In this document: one piece after another, positions 58,949-64,000 of the stretch
Position numbering within the stretch: position 1 is the first letter of the stretch
Layout of the letters: each line of letters starts with the position of its first letter
Origin: Candidatus Nomurabacteria bacterium
GTDB lineage: Bacteria > Patescibacteriota > Minisyncoccia > Phycocordibacterales > UBA9973
Assembly (NCBI GenBank): GCA_943348755.1
Contig: CALQYS010000001.1
Location: 69,963-133,962 of the forward strand
Direction of reading: 5' to 3'
DNA: 64,000 nucleotides
Made by a program: the position numbers and the translations under genes
Notes under the pieces: generated by a model
What the model was told of the DNA's origin: nothing
Seen by the model: the letters and a program-made list of their open reading frames with translations, nothing else
Databases searched by the model: none

Positions 58949-60412
58949 ATGTCTATACCAAATGTCGATATTTTAACCCAGGGAGCTACCAGGAAAGACA
59001 AAGAGCTTATAGAAAAAGCTTATAATTTTGCTGAACGTGCGCATGAAGGGCAAAAAAGAGAGAGTGGTGATCCACATTTTTATCACGTTTTCGAAACAGC
59101 AAAGATACTAACTTCACTTAAAATGGATGCTAAGACTGTCGCTGGCGGTCTTCTACACGATGTTTTAGAGGATACTTCAATAACTGAAAAGGAGCTTGAA
59201 AAAGAATTTGGCCCCGAAGTGCTTTTCTTAGTAAACGGGGTGACTAATTTGGGAACTTTAAAATACATAGGACACCAGAGACATGTAGAGAGTTTAAGAA
59301 AATTCTTTGTCGCGATGTCTAATGACCTACGTGTGGTCATAATTAAATTTGCCGATCGATTACACAATCTGCAAACACTGCAGTTTTTACGAGAAGATAA
59401 AAGGAAAAGGATCGCGATAGAATCCATCGAGGTTTATGCACCGCTTGCCAACAGGCTTGGTATGTGGAAACTAAAAAGCGAGATAGAAGAGGCTGCCTTT
59501 CCTTTTGCTTTTCCAAAAGAGTGTGCACAAATGGAAGAGATAGTGAAAGAAAAAAAGGATTCATATGAGAAAAACCTCTCCAAAGTAAAAAGGGAACTTG
59601 AAAAAGAATTTGCAAAAAATAAGAATAAAGTAATAGAAATAAACTATCGAGTAAAAAATAATTACAGTTTATGGAGAAAACTCGTTAAACGTGAAATGGA
59701 TATTGAAAAAGTGTACGACGTGGTGGCGTTGCGTATTATTGTAGAAAATGTTGAGGAATGTTATAGAGTTCTGGGCCTTATTCATTCTCTATGGAAACCT
59801 TTGCCCGGTAGAATTAAAGATTATATTGCAATCCCGAAACCCAATGGATATCGTTCCATTCACACTACCATCTTTACTGGTGGCGGGGGAATTGCAGAAA
59901 TTCAAATAAAAACCAGGGAAATGCACGCAGAATCGCTAAATGGTATAGCGGCTCATTTTGCTTATAAAGAGCAAAGCGGTAAAAGGAATTACGATGAAAA
60001 ATTAAAATTCAAATGGCTAGAAGAGTTAAAAGGTTTGAATTATAGTTCTAATGAATCAAGAAAATTTTTAGAAAATCTAAAAATGGACTTTTTTAATGAT
60101 CGCATTTTTATTTTTACCCCAGAGGGAGATATCGTAGATTTACCAGAAGATTCGACTCCAATAGATTTTGCCTACGCTATTCACTCAGACGTTGGAGATC
60201 ACATATTTGGCGTAAAAATAAACGGTAAAATGTCTAAAATTTTCTCAAAACTGAAAAATAGAGACATTGTGGAAATAATAAAAAAGCCTGATGCCCACCC
60301 GTCTTCGAAGTGGTTAGACTATGCGAAAACGACCATTGCCAGAAAGAATATAAGGTCATATTTGGAACAAAATAGTCTATATGGAAAGCTGAGGTCTTTT
60401 GGTAAATCCTAA
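58949..60412 (+). CDS. rel: RelA/SpoT homolog (HD hydrolase, synthetase, TGS; no C-terminal ACT domain)
   Basis: H..Q.R.SG.P, LLHDVLEDT, KFADRLHN, APLA.RLG, KDYI..PK.NGY.SIH, E.QI, DFAY.IH. Confidence 0.92.
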   Translation: MSIPNVDILTQGATRKDKELIEKAYNFAERAHEGQKRESGDPHFYHVFETAKILTSLKMDAKTVAGGLLHDVLEDTSITEKELEKEFGPEVLFLVNGVTNLGTLKYIGHQRHVESLRKFFVAMSNDLRVVIIKFADRLHNLQTLQFLREDKRKRIAIESIEVYAPLANRLGMWKLKSEIEEAAFPFAFPKECAQMEEIVKEKKDSYEKNLSKVKRELEKEFAKNKNKVIEINYRVKNNYSLWRKLVKREMDIEKVYDVVALRIIVENVEECYRVLGLIHSLWKPLPGRIKDYIAIPKPNGYRSIHTTIFTGGGGIAEIQIKTREMHAESLNGIAAHFAYKEQSGKRNYDEKLKFKWLEELKGLNYSSNESRKFLENLKMDFFNDRIFIFTPEGDIVDLPEDSTPIDFAYAIHSDVGDHIFGVKINGKMSKIFSKLKNRDIVEIIKKPDAHPSSKWLDYAKTTIARKNIRSYLEQNSLYGKLRSFGKS

Positions 60413-60418
60413 TAGGAT

Positions 60419-61420
60419 TTATACACTAAAATTAGAAATATTGTACAGATCGCTGTCGTCTTTTTGAATTTCGTCTTTAGTTCTGTCGTCTAGTGGAGTC
60501 ACCCCAGAAATATCCTCCGTTTGAACAGACATATTGGCAATATGGTTCTCTAGCATTTCTGCTTGCGCGGGTAAACCGTTTGATTTTTTATCCATGTCTG
60601 ATTTTTGTATAGAATTTAAAATAGTTCTTAAATCCTCTGTAGAGAAATAGTCTATTTTAATTTGTCCTCCTAATTCTTTCCTGTCTATGTGTACCCGGGT
60701 GCCAAGTTTCTCCTGGAATTCTTCTTCCAGTTCGGTTATTTCTGGATCTGGCATAAATTCTTTCTTGCGTACACGGTCATAAGCTATTTTTCTGGCAAGC
60801 CGTTCTGCCTCGCGTACCGTTATTTTTTTGTAAACTATTTCCTTAAATAACACTAATTGTTCTTCTGGATGATCAGCTAGCATTAATATGGGTCTTGTAT
60901 GTCCTTCTGTGATCTTGCCTTCAGATAGACCATTTAAGATTTCTTCTGGAAGAGTTAGAATACGCAAAGAATTAGAAACGTATTCCCTACTACGACCCAT
61001 TTTCTTAGCAATTTCACTATGAGTGAATTTAAATTCATTTGCCAACCGAAAAAAGGCTCGAGCGCGATCAACTGCATTTAAATCCTCTCGTTGTAAGTTT
61101 TCTATAATAGCTAACTCAAGCTTCATAATGGCGGTATCGCCGGTGCGAATAATTACGGGTACTTGCGAAACATGCGCCATGATGGCAGCACGCAACCTAC
61201 GTTCACCAGCGATAAGCTCATATTCGGTAACCAGTCCACCACCCTCTTTTTCTACTTCTAAACGAGAAACTGTTAATGGTTGAAGTACTCCGTATTGTTT
61301 TATCGAATCTGCGAGATCTTGAAGACGCGACATCTCAAAGTCCCTCCTCGGTTGATAAGGATTTGGTTTTATTTTATTTGTGTCAACCCAGAAAATTGAA
61401 TTTGAATATATATTAGACAT
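60419..61420 (-). CDS. parB: ParB/Spo0J partition protein
   Basis: PNPYQPR, L..SI...G.LQP, YELIAGERR.RA, IENLQREDL, HTH SR..V.N..R. Confidence 0.95.
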   Translation of the reverse strand: MSNIYSNSIFWVDTNKIKPNPYQPRRDFEMSRLQDLADSIKQYGVLQPLTVSRLEVEKEGGGLVTEYELIAGERRLRAAIMAHVSQVPVIIRTGDTAIMKLELAIIENLQREDLNAVDRARAFFRLANEFKFTHSEIAKKMGRSREYVSNSLRILTLPEEILNGLSEGKITEGHTRPILMLADHPEEQLVLFKEIVYKKITVREAERLARKIAYDRVRKKEFMPDPEITELEEEFQEKLGTRVHIDRKELGGQIKIDYFSTEDLRTILNSIQKSDMDKKSNGLPAQAEMLENHIANMSVQTEDISGVTPLDDRTKDEIQKDDSDLYNISNFSV

Positions 61421-61523
61421 GCTTTATTTTAGCATATTTTAATTTTTTAAAAAATTGATTCCATAGACTTTTTAGTGTAAAATCTGTGGATTGCTGTTAA
61501 CGCAATGCAAAGCAGTTTGTTTT

Positions 61524-61610
61524 GCCCAGGTGGCGGAATTGGTAGACGCGATAGACTCAAAATCTATTGATGGCAACATCATGAGAGTTCGATTCTCTCC
61601 CTGGGCACCA
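61524..61610 (+). tRNA. tRNA-Leu(CAA)
   Basis: GCCCAGG/CCTGGGC acceptor stem, GGAATTGGTAGAC D-loop, ataga-ctCAAaa-tctat anticodon arm, long variable arm, GTTCGA T-loop, encoded CCA. Confidence 0.96.
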
Positions 61611-61641
61611 GGATCAGCAAGTTAAAAAGTAATTTATTCTT

Positions 61642-62904
61642 ATGAAAAAAAAGAAAATTATTACTCTATCGGATTATTTCCCACAAGGCACAGAATATTT
61701 CTATTCATATCCCGTAGGAGATAGCATCTATCATTTTTTCAAACCAGAGGATCCCGTTGCTGAAGAGATGATTTCAGCCAGACTTTTGACTTGTGCAGGA
61801 GAAGGTATGAAGGTCATAGTATATAAAAGTATATTAAGATATAAATCCTTAGAACTCTTACGGAAAAATTCCGATATCCCTTTTATACCAAAGAAACAGA
61901 TAATAGTTTTACCGCCGACTATCAATGAAAAAACCTTAGATTCTAAAAAGAATAAGCTTGTCACAGATGCTCTACTTAAACAAACTTCCCACCGTAACTT
62001 AGTTGTGGCTCAGCCCATAATGGACGAACGCCTTTTGGATGAATATCAGATTGACCCAAAATTGAGCATTTGGCTTAATGATAAGATATACCTTGATCAA
62101 TACGTTGACTCTGAATTTTTACCACAAAGATATGCCCAATTTAGGAACGGACAAGACTTTTTCCACTCAACTGAGAAAATACCTGTTCCTTGCGTGGTAA
62201 AGGTGTCTGCTTCCAGTTCTGGTCAGGGTACAAGAATATGCTTGAACTCAATTGACCTCAAGAAAGCGAAAAAAGATTTCAAAAAGAGAGTAGGAACTTT
62301 GTTTATCGAAGAATACATTTCTTATATTCATAATTTTGGTTTTCAGTTTGGCATACCTTTCGACAAGAAAAAAGCTCCTCATATTATTGGTTATAACCAC
62401 CAAGTCACTGCTGCAGATGGGGAATTCCTCGGTGGGTTTATTTTTAAGAAAGAAAAACACAAAGAAACAAAGACCATAAAAAAGTTTATCACCAAAGAAA
62501 TTTTACCAAAAATTCAGAAAATGGGTTGGCATGGGGTGGGTGGCTTTGATGTATTGCTCAAATCTAATGGAAAATTCTATATTATAGATAGCAACTTCCG
62601 TACTACTGGTATGACCGCATATATTTTTCTTTCCAGAAATAAACTAATTTCAAAATCACTTGTTAGTTTTACCGCGACATTTCGTGGCACTCGGGAAGAA
62701 TTTGTAGAGAAAGTGCTATCTCTGAATAAGGGCGAAGACAAGATACTTACCATAGTATCTCTGTCTAAAAAAGGAAATGAGTACCGTTTTAATGGCGCTC
62801 TTTTGTTTGATAAAAAGGAAGAAACACCTCAATTAGCCTCTATACTTATAGGAAGAGGTATCAAATCAGAAGTTTTACAAATGCTAAGATTCTGGGAGTG
62901 TTAG
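61642..62904 (+). CDS. ATP-grasp domain protein (possible amide/peptide ligase)
   Basis: LNDK, P.VVK.....SGQG, IEEYI, G..GFD, YIIDSNFR.TG (ExNxR-like). Confidence 0.75.
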   Translation: MKKKKIITLSDYFPQGTEYFYSYPVGDSIYHFFKPEDPVAEEMISARLLTCAGEGMKVIVYKSILRYKSLELLRKNSDIPFIPKKQIIVLPPTINEKTLDSKKNKLVTDALLKQTSHRNLVVAQPIMDERLLDEYQIDPKLSIWLNDKIYLDQYVDSEFLPQRYAQFRNGQDFFHSTEKIPVPCVVKVSASSSGQGTRICLNSIDLKKAKKDFKKRVGTLFIEEYISYIHNFGFQFGIPFDKKKAPHIIGYNHQVTAADGEFLGGFIFKKEKHKETKTIKKFITKEILPKIQKMGWHGVGGFDVLLKSNGKFYIIDSNFRTTGMTAYIFLSRNKLISKSLVSFTATFRGTREEFVEKVLSLNKGEDKILTIVSLSKKGNEYRFNGALLFDKKEETPQLASILIGRGIKSEVLQMLRFWEC

Positions 62905-62922
62905 ACTATTTTTTACCATAAG

Positions 62923-62960
62923 TTATCCACACTTGCAATATATCATATATGAGATATACT
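62923..62960 (+). promoter_or_regulatory. DnaA box, promoter and palindromic operator candidate upstream of HTH-murA
   Basis: TTATCCACA (62923-62931), TTGCAA-16 nt-TATACT, palindrome TCATATATGA in the spacer. Confidence 0.6.
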
Positions 62961-62967
62961 TGTCAGT

Positions 62968-64000
62968 ATGAAAGAATCAGATCAAAGTGAGCAGGGGAAA
63001 ATAGGATATTTTATCAAAGAACTTCGAGAGCATCGTGGCATGACCCAGGAAGAGTTCGCTCAGGCACTCAATACTTCTCAAAGTTCAATTCCCCGTATAG
63101 AAAAGGGCGAACAAAACTTAACCACAGAGCTCTTGTCTAAAATTGGTAAGGTTTTGAACCATAAAATAGTTTCTATAAATGATTCGATTGATTTTGAAGT
63201 AAATGGGGGTAAGAAATTAAGTGGAACCATCAAGACTAATTTCTCCAAAAATGGTTCAGTGGGTCTTCTTTGTGCTTCCCTCTTAAACAGCGGTACGACT
63301 ACTCTCCACGGCATAGCGCGGATCGAAGAAGTAAATAGAGTGATCGAAATCCTAGAAAGTATTGGTGTGACAGTCAAATGGATCGATCAAAATTCTGTTA
63401 AAATTACACCACCGAAAGAATTTGATTTAAGTAAGATAAATGTAGAATCAGCGATAAAAACCCGTTCAATCGTAATGCTCATCGGGCCCCTTATACATAA
63501 GTTGTCACATTTTTCTATTCCTCATGCATATGGATGCAATTTAGGCAAAAGGACTATTTCTGCTCATTTATATTCTCTCGAAGAACTTGGTATAAAGATA
63601 AAAACAACCAGCAGGAGTTATGATGTAAGCGCTAAGAAATTAAAGGGTGGGAAAGATATCATAATGTATGAAACTGGCGAAACAGCTTGTGAGAATATTC
63701 TATTTGCTGCAGCCCTAATCAAAGGACCCACTACCGTAAGTTTCATGAGTAATAACTACATGGTTCAAGAAATTTGTTTCTTTTTAGAAAAACTAGGGGT
63801 AAGGATTGACGGTATCGGAACTTCGACTCTTACTATTCATGGGGTGGATAAAATAAATACGAATATTGAATATTCAAATAGTGAAGATCCAATAGAATCA
63901 ATGATGTTCATATCTGCTGGAGTAGTTACTGACTCAAATATTACCATCACTCGCTCACCAATCGACTTTCTTTCTCTCGAGCTTGAAAAAATGAAAAGGA
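62968..64000 (+). CDS. murA: UDP-N-acetylglucosamine 1-carboxyvinyltransferase with N-terminal XRE HTH, 3'-truncated by window edge (not in ORF track)
   Basis: IKELRE.RGMTQEEFA..L.TSQS.I.RIEKG..N (HTH), then GG..LSG.I....SKN, TRS, GCNLGKR...AH (Cys115 loop). Confidence 0.93.
   Translation, partial: MKESDQSEQGKIGYFIKELREHRGMTQEEFAQALNTSQSSIPRIEKGEQNLTTELLSKIGKVLNHKIVSINDSIDFEVNGGKKLSGTIKTNFSKNGSVGLLCASLLNSGTTTLHGIARIEEVNRVIEILESIGVTVKWIDQNSVKITPPKEFDLSKINVESAIKTRSIVMLIGPLIHKLSHFSIPHAYGCNLGKRTISAHLYSLEELGIKIKTTSRSYDVSAKKLKGGKDIIMYETGETACENILFAAALIKGPTTVSFMSNNYMVQEICFFLEKLGVRIDGIGTSTLTIHGVDKINTNIEYSNSEDPIESMMFISAGVVTDSNITITRSPIDFLSLELEKMKR

Overview
AT-rich, gene-dense bacterial chromosomal segment (code 11). 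Gene content and protein forms (short DnaX, truncated Rel, HTH-MurA, CxxC-rich orphan family, mostly leaderless starts) suggest Patescibacteria/CPR, probably Parcubacteria (Nomurabacteria-like; this is inference). It carries housekeeping and cell-wall genes (pepN, scpAB, mraY-ftsW-murG, gltX, rpmA, rplI, ctpA, mrdA, dnaX, dus, serS, dprA, topA, rel, parB, murA) and two tRNAs. It also has a ~28 kb, nearly complete de novo purine cluster with linked tdh/kbl and glmS, unexpected for CPR. The most striking feature is a set of small non-coding structured elements, several sitting in frame inside genes and translated as foreign peptides. A long element in pepN has an intergenic sibling at 52.4 kb with compensatory base changes. 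An 87-bp element with 18-bp inverted repeats lies in dus, with a relative at scpA/scpB. Short CCYGCC...GGCRGG palindromes lie in purH, purL, purQ (twice) and possibly parB. Also notable: two tandem orphan cassettes with shared promoter/boxA/leader-hairpin/terminator architecture, a Janus/PHPT1-like protein, an Fe-S-free PurF and three paralogous Cys-rich proteins. No transposase, integrase or CRISPR array was seen. All calls are by eye, with no database searches.
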